Source: Centroscyllium fabricii
Lineage: Eukaryota
Assembly: GCA_051313645.2 (NCBI GenBank)
Contig: JBNRSN020000008.1
Coordinates: forward strand, 68,200,001 to 68,264,000
DNA: 64,000 bases
Direction: 5' to 3'
Both the position numbers and the translations under genes were made by a program. This document shows, piece after piece, positions 9,754-23,215 of this stretch. The notes beneath the pieces are model-generated. The model ran no database searches, was not told the DNA's origin, and saw only the letters and a program-made list of their open reading frames with translations. Within the stretch, counting starts at the first letter, position 1. Every line of letters begins with the position of its first letter.

Positions 9754-11105
9754 TTTTGTTCATGGGATGTGGATGTCGCTGGCAAGGCCAGCATTTATTG
9801 CCCATCCCTAGTTACGCCTGATAAGGTGGTGGTGAGCCGCCTTCTTGAACCACTGCAGCCCGTGTGGTGAAGGTACTCCCACAGTGCTGTTAGGGAGGGA
9901 GTTCCAGGATTTTGACCCAGCGATGTTGGCGGAACGGCGATGTACTTCCAAGTCAGGAATGGTGTGTGACTTGGAGGGGAACTTGGAGGTGGTGGTGTTC
10001 CCATGCGCCTGCTGCCCTTGTCCTTCTCGGTGGTAGAGTTTGTGGGTTTGGGAGGTGCTGCCGAAGAAGCCTTGGCGAGTTGCTGCAGTGCATCTTGTAG
10101 ATGGTACACACTGCAGCCACGGTACGCCAGTGGTGGAGGGAGTTAATGTTTAAGGTGGTGGATGGGGTGCCAATCAAGCGGACTGCTTTGTCTTGGATGG
10201 TGTTGAGCTTCTTGAGTGTTGCTGGAGCTCCACTCATCCAGGCAAGTGGAGGTTATTCCATCACACTCCTGACTTGTGCCTTGTAGATGGTGGAAAGGCT
10301 TTGGGGAGTCAGGAGGTGAGACACTCAGTGCAGAATACCCAGCCTCTGACCTTTTCTTGTTGCCACAGTATTTATGTGGCTGGTCCAGTTAAGTTTCTGG
10401 TCAATGGTTACCCGCAGGATGTTGATGGTGGGGGATTCGGCAATGATAATGCCGTTAATGACATTGTGGTGCAGTGGTTAGCACTGCTGTCTCGCAATAA
10501 GGAGCTCCTGGGTTCGAATCCTGCTTGGCCTGGGACACCTCTGCGTGGAGTTTGCAAGTTCTCCCCGTGTTCATATGGGTTTCCTCCGGGTACTCTGGTT
10601 TCCTCCCACCACCCAAAGACATGCAGGTTTGGTGAATTGGAGATACTAAAAATGGCCCATGAGTATGTGTGTGAGATATAGTTCTTAGAGTTGGCGGTGT
10701 CGGGGGATATGGGGAGAGGGTAGAAGGGGGGTGCTGGGTTTGGATAATCAGCCATGATCTCATCAAAATGGCGGAGCAGGCTCGATGGGCCGAGTGGCCT
10801 ACTCCTGCTCCTATCTTCTGTGTTTCTGTGAATGTCAAGGGGCAGCGGTTAGACGCTCGCTTGTTGGAGATAGTCATTGCCTGGCACTTGTGTGGCGCGA
10901 ATGCTACCTGTCACTTATCAGCCCAAGTCTGAATGTCGCCCAGGTCTTGCTGTATGCGGGCATGGACTGCTTCATAAGAACATAAGAAATAGGAGCAGGA
11001 GTAGGCCAATCGGCCCCTCAAGCCCCATCTGAGAAGTTGCGAATGGCACTGATCACTGTGCAGTCATGAGTAAACATCCCCACTTCTGACCTTATGATGG
11101 AGAGT
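9754..11105 (-). mobile_element. LINE 3' fragment (CR1/Jockey-group, exact clade uncertain), split by a SINE and a CR1 tail
   Basis: L.TIQDKAVRLIG...SLHHWRTVAA C-terminal motifs. Homologous to 20858-23215 and 29290-30075. Confidence 0.8.
10460..10830 (+). mobile_element. HE1-like V-SINE
   Basis: A box tggtgcagtgg, B box ggttcgaatcc, V-domain tgggtttcctccggg...ggtttcctcccac, and a CR1-type tail. Confidence 0.85.
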
Positions 11106-11214
11106 CATTTACAATATAATATATAAGTAAATATATAAAACACAATGAAAGTAATGGGTGAAAATGGCTGCAGTAAAGCTATTGCTACAGAAAATGTAAT
11201 TAAACTTGATGGGA

Positions 11215-11450
11215 CGTGAGTCCCCAATGGTTCTGTGAGTTTATCTTGTGATCAGCTGATCCATATGGGCTAGAAAGGTCTCGGTTCAATTTCTGACCTG
11301 TGCTGATTTAACCAATCTTACAGGGCTGGCGGCTGGATTGTTACAATTGATGTATGTTCCCCAAATTAGGGAGGAGAAAATTAATTTGGATTAAGTAGTC
11401 TGCTGACACTGACTCATGAAAAATAGCCACTTGAGTGAGGTGCCTGGGGG
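11215..11450 (+). mobile_element. Possible old degraded SINE
   Basis: B-box-like ggttcaatt and resemblance to shark SINE bodies; weak. Confidence 0.3.
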
Positions 11451-12330
11451 TATATTTTGGGACAAAATAAATCTATGGTGATGCTACATGCAAGTGATGT
11501 GGTACATTATGATATGATTTACAAATATAGCTCAGTAGTGCTTTGAATTTTTTTTAATGAAAATGAGCGAACAGATTGTAATACTATCTAATTTTAAGAC
11601 GCGACTCATCAAAATGTCACTTGGTGCTTATCTTACTAATCAGTTTCCTAAAATGGATGTAGATCCAAGGCTTTGTAAGTAATACTTTATTCTTTTATTT
11701 ATGTCAAGTTTTTAATAATTTTCACACATGAAAAAATGTACAATAATTATATTTTATAAAAACCTATCCTTTGTCTGCAAGCTACAGTATCTCACACAGC
11801 CTTGAATTTCATCATTTTATCTGGGCCTATGGTTACAGAGTTCCTTGTAGACTAACAAAGAATGAGGAATTAGAAAATCACCAGAATTAACAGCCCAGAT
11901 GAATTCTACCAGAACTCTTTGTTCATTATTTTTGTGAGCAAATGATGGGCAGTGTTCAAGTTTCAGCTCTGCTTAATGGAGGAAAATTCCACTCATTGCT
12001 GGCAAGAAACTATTGCTAGAAAAATTAATCAAATATGTATCAGACAATACAAAAATTCAAATATATTCCAAAGCAGTATGTTAAATTATTGCTCCTGATT
12101 TCAGAGAAAACTCTATCATCGGAAAACCACAGTCTAATTAGTAAAATTGCAGTTAAACAAATTAATGCAGGTAATAACCACAAGTGAGTATTTTCCCTTA
12201 ATCTTCAAACTCCACTGTGATAGATTAGTGTATTTGGCTGATACACCATTTATATGACAGAATGTAACAAAGTATAATATAACCTGCTCCTTTGCTGGTT
12301 TAGTACCAAAAGAACATTTGAACACATTAA

Positions 12331-12965
12331 GGGAGAAAAATTGGGTGGCTTGCGCCAGCCGTTCGCGCCCTAAGAGGGCTGCTAATGGGGCGCAAGGCAC
12401 CTAGTGCCTGGGCTGGCACCTCCCGTGATATTCAGTGGGGTGCTGGCAGCGGCAGCAGCCGTTAGTGCCCCATGGCGCCGCGCCACCGGCGATAACGTCA
12501 TCGCCGTGTGCAGCGCCTCCCTCGTGCCCCGGCCTCAAACTTCACTCGTGCCCCCTGACTTAGCATCGGACGCTATCACCGACAGGGTCAGGGGGACACA
12601 GATGCAGCCGGGCCAGCGCTATTTAAAGGGGGGGTGGCGGGCAGCCATTTTTCTTGCCAGCCACCTGCCAGCACCTGCCCCCTCTGCCGTCCCCGGCCTT
12701 CCCCAATGGCCCCCCCCGGCGGAGTGCTGGGTGTGCTCCATGAGCCCGGCACTTCCCTGGAGTGCTGGGCTCCTTTGGCGGCACTCCGACCCCCGGCAGT
12801 CCAGCAGGGCTCTGGGCCGCGCCACGCTAGGCCACTCCCCTTTAAGCAGAAGAGGAAGGCCTGCAGTACTGCGGCAGGGCGTGCTGCAGAGTGTGGCGCA
12901 GCGACACACAGCGGCCGAAATTGTGTTGTTGCGCCCAAGGAACGAGGTGGGACGCTTGCAGTAGC
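12331..12965. mobile_element. GC-rich Harbinger-like MITE fragment
   Basis: taa|gggagaaaaattggg terminus and an abrupt AT-to-GC switch. The right end is lost next to the Penelope element. Confidence 0.5.
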
Positions 12966-12984
12966 GGCCTGGCTGATCTTGTTC

Positions 12985-14512
12985 TCACATTGAACAACTT
13001 CTCCTTTGACTCCACTCAATTCCTCCAAATTAAAGGTGTTGCTATGGGAACCCGCATGGGCCCTAGCTATGCCTGCCTGTTCATGGGATATGTCGAACAC
13101 TCTTTGTTCCAGTCCTACTCGGGTCTCCTCCCTCACCTCTTTTTCCGGTACATTGATGACTGTATCGGTGCCGTTTCCTGCTCTCGCCCTTAACTAGATA
13201 AGTTCATTCACTTTACTTCCAATTTCCACCCTTCCCTCACTTTCACATGGTCCATCTCCGACTCTTCCCTTCCTTGACTTCTCTGTTTCCATTTCTGGCG
13301 ATCGGCTTTCGACAAACATCCATTACAAGCCCACCGACTCCCACAGCTACCTGGACTACGCTTCCTCCCACCTCGCTTCCTGTAAGGACTCTATTCCATT
13401 CTCCCAGTTTCTCTGTCCCCGCCGCGTCTGTTCTGACAATGCCACCTTCCATACCAGTGCTTCCGACATGTCTTCCTTTTTCCTCAACCGAGGATTCCCC
13501 TCTACTGTGGTTGACATGGCCCTCGACCGTGTCCGTTCCATTTCCCGCACTTCTGCTCTCACCCCTTCCCCTCCCTCCCAGAACCATGATAGGGTTCCCC
13601 TTGTCCTCACCTTTCACCCCACCAGCCTCCACGTTCGGCGGATCATCCTCCGCCATTTCCGCCACCTCCAACGTGATCCCACCACCAAACACATCTTCCC
13701 CTCACCTCCCCTTTCAGCATTCCGAAGGGACCGCACCCTCCGCGACACCCTTGTCCACTCCTCAATCACCCCTAACAGCCCTTCTCCTGGCAGCTGGCAC
13801 CTTCCCGTGCAAGCACAGGAGATGCAACACCTGCCCTTTCACCTCCTCCCTTCCCACTCTTCAGGGCCCCAAACACCGCTTCCAGGTGAAACAGCGACTT
13901 ACTTTACTTATACTTCTTGCAATTTAATATACTGTATTCGCTGCTCACAATGCGGCCTCCTCTACACTGGGGAGACGAAACTCAGATTGGGTGACCGCTT
14001 TGCGGAACACCTCCGTTCAGTCCGTAAAGGTGACCCTGAGCTTCCGGTCGCCTGTCACTTTAATTCTCCGCTTCACTCCCACTCTGATCTCTCTGTCCTC
14101 GGCCTCTTATACTGTTCCAATGAAGCTCAGCGTAAACTCAAGGAACAGCAGCTCATTTTTCGATTAGGCACTTTACAGCCGTCCGGGCTCAATATCGAGT
14201 TCAATAATTTCAGATAATAATCCCTGCCTCCATTTTTCATGCTGTATGATTTTTGCCATTCCCATTTGCTACATTTTCACAGTTTGCTCTTTCAATCCTT
14301 CCTCCCCTCCAAACCGCCCCCCCTCCCCCCACCAACTGTCTCTGCACCTGCTTAATATCTGTTACATTTCCAGTTTATTCCAGTTCGGATGAAGGGTTCA
14401 GAACATGAAACGTCAACTCAATTTCTCTCTCCACAGATGCGGCCTGGCCTGCTGAGTTTTTCCAGCATTTTCTGTTGTTATTTCAGATTTCCAGCATCCG
14501 CAGTATTTTGCT
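12985..14512 (+). mobile_element. 5'-truncated Penelope-like element (RT + GIY-YIG endonuclease, frameshifted)
   Basis: GVAMG and FRYIDD; IYCIRC..C..LYTGET..RL..RF.EH...GLN. The 3' pseudo-LTR contains a hammerhead-like motif. Confidence 0.9.
14382..14418 (+). ncRNA. Degenerate minimal type I hammerhead ribozyme
   Basis: AGTT-CGGATGA-agggttcagaacat-GAAA-CGTC-AACT. Stem I is AGTT/AACT and stem III is the palindromic ACGT. The core has G in place of U4. Confidence 0.6.
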
Positions 14513-14940
14513 ATTAAACTATATAACCTTATTATCTTTGACTGTGCTGGGCTTCTGATATGTTTTAGGTAGCTGAGTAACATGTAATTGTATAAAACTG
14601 TCAATTTGATTACATTTTATTGTATATTTAATTAAAAGGGAGCTACACCATTAATATAATTTAACACTGCATATATTTTAACAAAAAATTACCAAATTTA
14701 AGTCATCTTTTAATGTGCATATATTTAGAAAAGCAGGATCTAGAGGATAAAATATTGCTATATGTCAAAACATTGCAAAATTTGAATGTATTGGATACTG
14801 GATAACAATATAATTTGATCTGCATTTTTTGGTTTCTGTGGTGTTAGTTTGTTACCATGATTGAGGGTAAAAAAAAGTAACTAGAAGCTGATATAATACA
14901 AAATTTCATTTAGCATGCTTCATTTTTTTAATAGTCAACA

Positions 14941-17900
14941 TATAGCGCCTGCAAGGCCTAAGAACCACGCGTGAGCCAGAGAGACAGAAAAAAACACTTG
15001 TTTAATACATTACAGTAGCACAAGAAGAGAGTGAACCACTCGAAGCAGGCTTATTTAAATGGCCCGCCGTTGGTGACCTCATCACGCCGGAAGTCGTGGT
15101 GACGTCATCACGTCACCCGATGGGCGGGGCTGTGCCCCGCAGAGTTCCCGAGGCGGATTCGATGTCTTGGTGGGCGTGCCGCCACACAGCTCCCCCCCCG
15201 GAATCTGTCCGGGAGAATAAAAAAGAGTCTATGTGAGCCGTTGGGGTGGCCGGATGATGCGGCCGGCACGTGTCGTGCGCTGCTCCTGGTTCTGCGGTGG
15301 AGTGTGGGCGGGTGTTGGTGCGGGAGGGCGTCCGCGTTGCGGTGGTTGTGCGGGGACTGTCGTCTCGCCCGCTATAACGTGTGCCAGTTTCAACCGGTCT
15401 ATTGAAACAGTTTCTGTTCTGTTGCCCATTTGTAGCTGGAAAGCTTTAGCTCCCGCCCGAAGCACTCTATAAGGGCCATCATATGGTTGCTGTAGTGGCG
15501 ATCGATGTGCGTCGCGCCGGACAAACACATATTTGGCGTTTTTAATGCCGTCCGGTACACGTGCTGCCGGCTCTCCGTGCCGGGCCACCAGTAGTGGTTT
15601 GAACGCTCGTGCCGGGTTGGCAAAGTCTTTTAGGTACTGGTCGGCTGACCAGGGAGCGTTTGGTTCGGCTAGGAACTCGCCTGGCACGGTTAGGGTTTGG
15701 CCGTAGACGAGTTCTGCTGTCGAGGCGTTTAGGTCCTCTTTGACTGCCGAGCGCAGCCTGAGGAGCACCCACGGTCGGTCCATGACGCATCTTTGAGGCT
15801 GGCCCGCAGGGATGCTTTCATAGAGCGGTGGAACCGTTCGCAGAGCCCGTTAGATTGTGGGTGGTATGCGGTGGTTCGATGTAAGGTTACCCCGAGGTCG
15901 CGGGCGATGGCCGCCCATAGTGCTGACGTAAACTGGGGTCCTCTGTCCGACGTGATGTCGGTGGGCACGCCGAAACGGGCGACCCAGGTGGCGATGAACG
16001 CCCTGGCCAAGTCCGTGGTGCCGGTGGCGGCGAGGGGGACTGCTTCTGGCCAGCGAGTGTTGCGGTCGACCATGGTCATGACGTGCGTGTGGCCCCGTGA
16101 TTGCGGTAGTGGCCCGACGAGATCGATGTGGACGTGGTCGAAGCGTCTGGCCGGCACGGTGAAAGTTTCCAGCGATGCCCTGATGTGCTTGTGCACTTTG
16201 GAGCGCTGGCAGGCAATGCAGGAGTTGGTCCAGGCGCGGACGTCCTTGCGCAGGCCACGCCATACGAAACGGGCCGAAATTAGTTTAATTGACGCGCGGG
16301 TGCCGGGGTGGGACAGGCCATGGAGGGTCTCGAAAATGTGTCACCTCCATGCGTGGGGGACGACAGGTCTGGGCTGCGGTAGGGAAACGTCGCAGCAGAC
16401 GACGGTGGCAGCGGGGCCATGTGCGATTTTGGCCAAGTGAAGGCCAGGGAGGTTAGCTGCTGGGTCGAGCAGGTCTGGGTCGGCCAGCTGGTCTGCTGCC
16501 AGCTTGGCGTAATCGACCGCCATTTGGGCGGCGTTAATAGTGGGGCGTGAGAGGCAGTCAGCGACCACGTTGTCGCGGCCGGAGATATGCTGAATGTCGG
16601 TCGTGAACTCTGACACGGCCGCGAGCTGGCGCTGCTGCCTGGCCGACCAGGGTTCGGCGACCTTAGCCATAGCGAAGGTGAGTGGCTTGTGGTCGACGAA
16701 GGCTGTAAAGTGACGGCCCACCAAGAGGAAGCGAAAGTGGCGCACTGCAAGGTAGAGAGCGAGGAGCTCCCTATCGAAGGCGCTGTACTTGACCTCTGGG
16801 GGCCGAAGTTGCCGGCTGAAAAAGGCCAGGGGCTGCCAAGAGTTGCCGGTCCACTGTTCGAAGACGGCCCCGACAGCGTGGTCGGAGGCGTCAGTGGTGA
16901 GGGCCACTCTGGCGTTGGGCCTGGGGTGGGCTAGGAGGGTGGCGTTGGCCAAGGCGGTTTTGGTTGTGGTGAAGGCGGTGGCGGCGTCGGCCGTCCACTC
17001 TACAGCAGTTTTGCCGGACTGCCCGCGTGTGGCCTGGTATAGGGGGGCCATGAGAGCGGCTGCTCCTGGGATAAAGCGGTTATAAAAATTAACCATCCCG
17101 AGGAATTCCTGCAGCCCCTTAATGGAGTGTGGGCGGGGGAATTCCTGAACTGCCTGCACCTTGGAGGGCAGGGGTATGGCCCCGGTTTGGGAAATGCGGT
17201 GGCCGAGGAAGTCTATGGTCTCGAGGCCGAATTTGCATTTTGCAGGGCTTAGTATGAGGCCGTGTTCGACCAGGCGCTGGAACAGGGTCCTGAGGTGCAG
17301 GAGGTGTTCCTGGGGGGAGGTGCTGGCCACGAGGATGTCGTCCAGGTAGACGAAAATGAACGTCAAGTCCCGTAGGACTGAGTCCATTAGGCGCTGAAAG
17401 GCCTGGGCCGCGTTTTTGAGGCCGAAGGGCATCCTAAGGAACTCGAAGAGTCCGAAGGGGGTGATGACGGCCGTTTTGGGAATGTCCGCCGGGTGCACCG
17501 GAACCTGGTGGTAGCCACACACCAGGTCGATCTTAGAGAAGATCGTGCAGCCTGCTAGTCTGGCGGAGAAATCCTGGATGTGGGGTACGGGGTACCTATC
17601 CGGGGTAGTGGCGTTGTTTAGGCGGCGGTAGTCGCCGCAGGGGCGCCAGCCCCCGCCCGGCTTGGGGGCGATGTGGAGGGGAGAGGCCCAGGGGCTGTTG
17701 GAGCGGCGGATAATACCGAGTTGTTCCATGGTGCAGAACTCGGTGCGCGCGATCTCCAGTTTGGCCGGGTCCAACCTGCGGGCGTGGGCATGTACAGGAG
17801 GGCCAGTGGTGGTTATAAAATGCTCTACCCCATGTTTGGCCCGGCGGGCGGTGAACGTGGGGTTGGTGAGGGTGGGGAACTCTGCGAGGAGCGTGCCGTA

Positions 17901-19339
17901 TGCGTCAGAGTTCCGGGAGCGGCATTGTGCCGCCGCATGGGCCAGGAGTGCGGGCCCTGTGGAGCATGGGATGGTCGACATGTTATTGATGTTGACCAGC
18001 AGGCCGTGGGCGCAGAGGAAATCTGCCCCGAGGAGGGGTGAAGTGACCTGGGCTGTGACGAAGTCCCAGTGATACGTGTGGCCGGCGAGCTTAATGGTGA
18101 GCTTGCGGGTGCCGTACGTTTTTATATTGGAGCCGTTGGCCGCTGCAAGTGGCGGGCCCTGGGTGCCTTGTTTGGCTTCTGCTGGGGAGGCTGGCACGAT
18201 GCTGTGCTGTGCGCCTGTGTCGCAGAGGAACCGGAGGCCTGTGCCGCTGTCTGTGACAAAGAGCAGTGCTCCTGTGTGTCCTACAGACATGGTGGAGGCT
18301 GGGGTGGGCCCTGGCTTAAATGCGCAGGGCTGTACACAGCGGTGCGCTTTATTATTGAACCGCGTGTGGTAGTAGCACCAGCCGGTGCTTGATGGATGCG
18401 GTTGCCTGGGTGGGCGCGGGGCCCTAGGTTCAGGCGTGGGGTTGGACCTGGGGGGCGAGTGGTTGCGCTCGATAGATGCGGCGTTAGGGTCGCACGTGGT
18501 TGAGCGGGTGCGCTCGGCCGCCATGAGCCTGTCGGCTTCCTCAGCTAGCTCGTCTCCGCTCCAATGGCCGAGGGCCGCCAGGGCTGGTCTGAAGGAGCGG
18601 GGTAGTTTGAGGAGGAATACGGTGCGGAACAGGGAGGCGGGATCGGCGGTGAGCGCTTGCATCTGACCCCAAAGGTCTGATGGGTCTGCGTCCCCGAGTT
18701 CGGGGAGGTTAAGGAGCTGGCAGTCGCGCTCAAATTGGGAGGGGGTAAAAAAAATTATGAGCGCGGCCTTGAGGAACTCGTACCTGCCTGCTGTGGGCAC
18801 ACGCTGTAGTTTCGACCACATCCGATCGATCGTCGATTGCGGTAGGGCCGAAAAGACCAAGTCGTAGCGGTCATCCCCCTGGACGCCGTGTGTGCGGCAG
18901 CTGGTTTCGATGCACATGAACCAGGCCGCTGGGCGTTGCTCCCAGAACTCCGGTAGGGTAAGTCTGTGCCCGAAGCTCTGGCCAAGTCCTTGGGTTCGCG
19001 GAGCTTGGTTCCTTGTTCTTGTAGACATGCTTTTCCTTTTAAAGTGTCCTTAGGCTGGTGATCCTTGATCCTGCAGTAGCTTTTTCTCCTTGGAAGTCAT
19101 TCCAAGTCGGGGTCACCACTGTAGTGCCTGCAAGGCCTAAGAACCACGCGTGAGCCAGAGAGACAGAAAAAAACACTTGTTTAATACATTACAGTAGCAC
19201 AAGAAGAGAGTGAACCACTCAAAGCAGGCTTATTTAAACAGCCCGCCGTTGGTGACCTCATCGCGTCACCCGATGGGCGGGGCTGTGCCCCGCAGAGTTC
19301 CCGAGGCGGATTCGATGTTTTGGTGGGCGTGCCGCCACA
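14941..19339 (-). mobile_element. Gypsy LTR retrotransposon E2, CsRn1-type
   Basis: LTRs 14941-15186 and 19120-19339, TSD AACA, PBS TGGTGACCCCGAC (tRNA-Trp). Confidence 0.95.
15229..19028 (-). pseudogene. E2 gag-pol, disabled
   Basis: CYYH...C...C Gag, DTGA protease, YLDD and integrase. Premature TGA at 16341, frameshift near 15780, and a 10-codon deletion after HGLLV. Confidence 0.9.
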
Positions 19340-19343
19340 AACA

Positions 19344-19810
19344 CACCCTTTTGGATCACAATTGTGGCTGTAGAGGATTCTCTCTATTCCCCTAATGATC
19401 AAATCCCCTATAACTACAAACTTTCTATTCTGCTCCTCCGCTCCACAGCGCCTTGGTTAGCATCCTCTACTTGGAGCATTCTTTATCCCCACAGGTAGCA
19501 AGTGCATTGTCCCTGTTGGACAGGACCTGATTCTACGCTTCCTCCTTCCTACCTCCACTAGTTCACCCTACCCTGCTGCCGATCAGTCACACACACACCT
19601 CTTCCTGTACCTGAATCTGTCTATGTGGTATGACTGTGTTCTCAAGTAAACTATCCAGATATTTCCCCCTTTCAGAGTGTCTCGTACATGTGCTCCAGCT
19701 CAACGATCCTGAGCCGGAGCTACACAGGACAGGGCATCCGGGACTGTCTCACGGTCCACAAATTCCACATACTGCAGTCCCGACACCTAATGGCCTGTGC
19801 TGCGATTATG
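19344..19810 (-). mobile_element. Degraded CR1 ORF1 fragment
   Basis: Minus-strand translations VVIGDLIIRGIERI (SGNH esterase-like start) and MWE/LRIVELE-like remnants. Confidence 0.5.
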
Positions 19811-19815
19811 ATATG

Positions 19816-20085
19816 TGACGTATCGTCAATAAGACTAAAGATGAGTAGTTACCTTACCTACAGGCTTTTATTAACTTAAAGATGGAGCTAGTCTCCAGTT
19901 GAACATCAGGCACAGAATGACTGGGAGCAGGGCATACCTCACCTATAAGGCTCCCACCTGAGGGGAGGAGTTAGAGGTGTGGCTGACCTGGCCTTACAAC
20001 AGTGTTCTACATACAATACACCATTGGTCATGTGGTGCAATACAACTACAATACAACTATATACAGTGGTAATATGATTACCACA
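19816..20085 (-). mobile_element. Solo LTR of the E0/E5 lineage
   Basis: TG...CA ends, 5-bp TSD ATATG on both sides, homologous to 91-380. Confidence 0.9.
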
Positions 20086-20369
20086 ATATGTATTTATGTA
20101 TTTATTTGTAATGCAGCAGTTACTTATTTATCTATTTCCAAATCTAACAGATTTGCTTTTAATAAGTTATGATACTCAGATGGATTTATTTTAGTTAATT
20201 TTATTGCTTAGTTTAGTTTTTTTCTAGTCTATTTCATCTCTTGTTGATGCAGTATTTAAATTTCACTTTTTACTTTAAGCTGCTAGTTGGGTTTTTGCCC
20301 TTGCTTGTTTATTAATTCCTATTTTAGTAGCCCCTTAATCTACTATATATACTGTACCATAAAATAACC

Positions 20370-20590
20370 AGATGTACAATTTTAAAAGGGCCAGCTTCAA
20401 GGCATTGAGAGAAAAGCTTAAACAAATTGACTGGAGGAGGGGGTATTACTTGAGGTAACAGTTCAGAACATGGAATTTCTTTGCAGGATAAGTACATAGA
20501 AAGGATTAGTAACTGCAGACTAATGTGATGCCAACTGTATTGGCAAGGCAATACAAAGTGAAATATAGGTAACAACATCAAAGGCTTTAG
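20370..20590 (+). mobile_element. Old CR1 ORF2 fragment
   Basis: NFKRASFKALREKLKQIDW resembles the CR1 post-endonuclease region. Confidence 0.4.
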
Positions 20591-20857
20591 GACAGAGTTT
20601 CCACAATGGGGCAGATTTAGTACCAGGAAACATTTATGTACACACTTTCTATGCAGTGTTGCTCATAAGGTTCATATATGATTTTGACAACTTGACCTGT
20701 AATTTGCTTCATGTACGGCAGAAAGCCATTGCAGGCCAGCGATGTGCTTTTAGCATTGCTGGCCATTACAGGTGGGCTGAGAAGTCGGCCTGCCCATGAC
20801 GAGACCCAATAATGGCTGACTGACCTACGTGTTTATCTTTGCTAGATTTTTTTAATT

Positions 20858-23215
20858 TGTTTTTATTGGATGTGGGCATTGCTGGTGAGACCAGCATTTA
20901 TAGCCCATCCCTAATTGCCCTTTGAGAAGGTGGTGGTGAGCCGCCGCCTTGAACCGCTGCAGTCCGTGTGATGAAGGTAATCCCACAGTGCTGTTCGGTA
21001 GGGAGATCCAGGATTTTGATCCAGTAATGATGAAGGATCGGCGATATACTGCTAAGTCAGGATGACATGTGACTTAAAGGGGAACTTGGAGGTGGTGGTG
21101 TTCCCATGGGTCTGCTGCCCTTGTCCTTCTAGGTGGAAGAGGTCACGGGTTTGGGAGGTGCTGCCGAAGAAGCTTTGGCGAGTTGCTGCAGTGCATCTTG
21201 TAGATGGTGCACACTGCAGCCACAGTACAGTGGTGGAGGGAGTGAATGTTTAAGGTGGTGGATGGGGTGCCAATCAAGCAGGCTGCTTTGTCCTGGATGG
21301 TGTCGAGATTCTTGAGTGTTGTTGGAGTTGCACTCATCCAGGCAGGTGGAGAGTCCAGTAACACTCTGTGCTTGTGCCTTATAGATGGTACAAAGGCTTT
21401 GGGGAGTCAGGAGGTGTGACACTTGCCACAGAATACCCAGCCTCTGACCTGCTCTTGTTGCCACAGTATTTATGTGTCTGGTCCAGTTAACTTTCTGGTC
21501 ACTGATGACCCCCAGGATATTGATGGTGGGGGATTTGGTGATGGTAATGCCGTTGAATGTCAAGGGGCGGTAGTTAGACTCTTGCTTTTTGGAGATAGTC
21601 ATTGCCTGGCACTTCTGTGGCGCGAATGTTACCTGTCATATATCAGCCGAAGCCTGAACGCCGTCCAGGTCTTGTTGCATGTGGGCATGGATTGCTTCAT
21701 TATCTGAGGAGTTGTGAATGGCGCTGAACACTGTGCAGTCATCAGTGAACATCCCCATTTCTGACCTTATGTTGGAGAGAAGGTCATTGATGAAGCAGCT
21801 GAAGATGGTTGGGCCTTGGACACTGCCCTGAGGAACTACTGCAGCGATGTCCTGGGGCCATGATGATTGACCTTCAATCACCACAATCATTTTCCTTTGT
21901 GCTAGGTATGTCTCCAGCCAGTGGAGAGTTTTCCCCCCAATTCCCATTGACTTCAGTTTTACCAGGGCTCCTTCATGCCACACTCGGTCAAATGCTGCCT
22001 TGATGTCAAGGGCAGTCACTCTCACCTCACCTCTGAAATTCATCTCCTTTATCCATCTTTGGGCCAAGGTTGTAATGAGTTATAGAGGCATATAATTATA
22101 CAGCACAGAAAGAGGCCCTTCGGCCCATTGCGTCCGTGCCAGCCATCAAGCCCTGTCTATTCTAATCCCATTTTCTTGCACTTGGTCCATAGCCTTGTAT
22201 GCTATGGCATTTCAAGTGCTCATCTAAATGCTTCTTGAATGTTGTGAGGGTTCCTGCCTCCACCACCCTTTCAGGCAGTGAGTTCCAGATGCCAACCACC
22301 CTCTGGGTGAAAACGTTCTTCCGCAAATCGCCTCTAAACCTCCTGCCCCTTACCTTGAAACTATGCCCCCTTGTTATTGACCCCTCTATCAAGGGAAAAA
22401 GTTCCTTTCTATTTACTTTATCTATGCCCCTCATAATTTTGTACACCTCAATCAGGTCTCCCCTCAGCCTTCTCTGCTCCAAGGAAAACAACCCCAGCCT
22501 GTCCAGTCTTTCCTCATAGCTGAAGCGCTCCAGCCCAGGTAACATCCTGGTGAATCTCCTCTGCACCCTCTCTAAAGCAATCACATCCTTCCTATAGTAT
22601 GGTGACCAGAACTGCACACAGCACTCCAGCTGTGGCCTTACCAGCATTTTGTACAGCTCCATCATAACCTCCCTGCTCTTATGTATTCCATGCCTCGGCT
22701 AATGAAGGCAAGTATCCCATATGCCTTTTTAACCACCTTATCTACCTGTCCTGCTGCCTTCAGGGATCTATGTACATGCACACCAAGGTCCCTCTGATCC
22801 TCGGTCTTTCCTAGGGTCTTACCATTCATTGTGTATTCTCTTGCCTTGTTAGTACTTCCAAAATGCATCACCTCACACTTTTCAGGAGGTTGGGAGCCGA
22901 GTGATCTTGGTGGAACCCAAACTGAGCATCAGTGAGCAGCTTATTGGTGAGTAAGTGCCGCTTGATAGCACCATCGATGGCAGCTTCCATTACTTTGTTG
23001 ACGATTGAGAGTAGACTGATGCGTTGGTGATTGGCTAGATTGGATTTGTCCTGCTTTTTGTGGACAGGACATACCTGGGCAGTTTTCCCCATTGTCGGAT
23101 AGATGCCAGTATTGTAGCTGTACTGGAACAGCTTGGTTGGAGGCGCGGCTAGTTCTGGAGCACAAGGCTTCAGCACGATAGCCGTGATGTTGTCAGGGTC
23201 CATAGCCTTTGCTGG
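20858..23215 (-). mobile_element. LINE of the 9754 family, split by a CR1 insertion
   Basis: LDIKAAFDRVWH, VPQGSVQGP and FTDD RT motifs. It resumes at about 22886 (PDNITAIVLK). Confidence 0.85.
22081..22885 (-). mobile_element. 5'-truncated CR1 (HER1-like) LINE
   Basis: LVRPQLECCVQFWSP, RRLRGDLIEVYKI and TRGH motifs. Confidence 0.9.

Noticed and set aside
10460-10530. tRNA gene
   Set aside because: The A and B boxes belong to a SINE head followed by a V-domain and a LINE tail.
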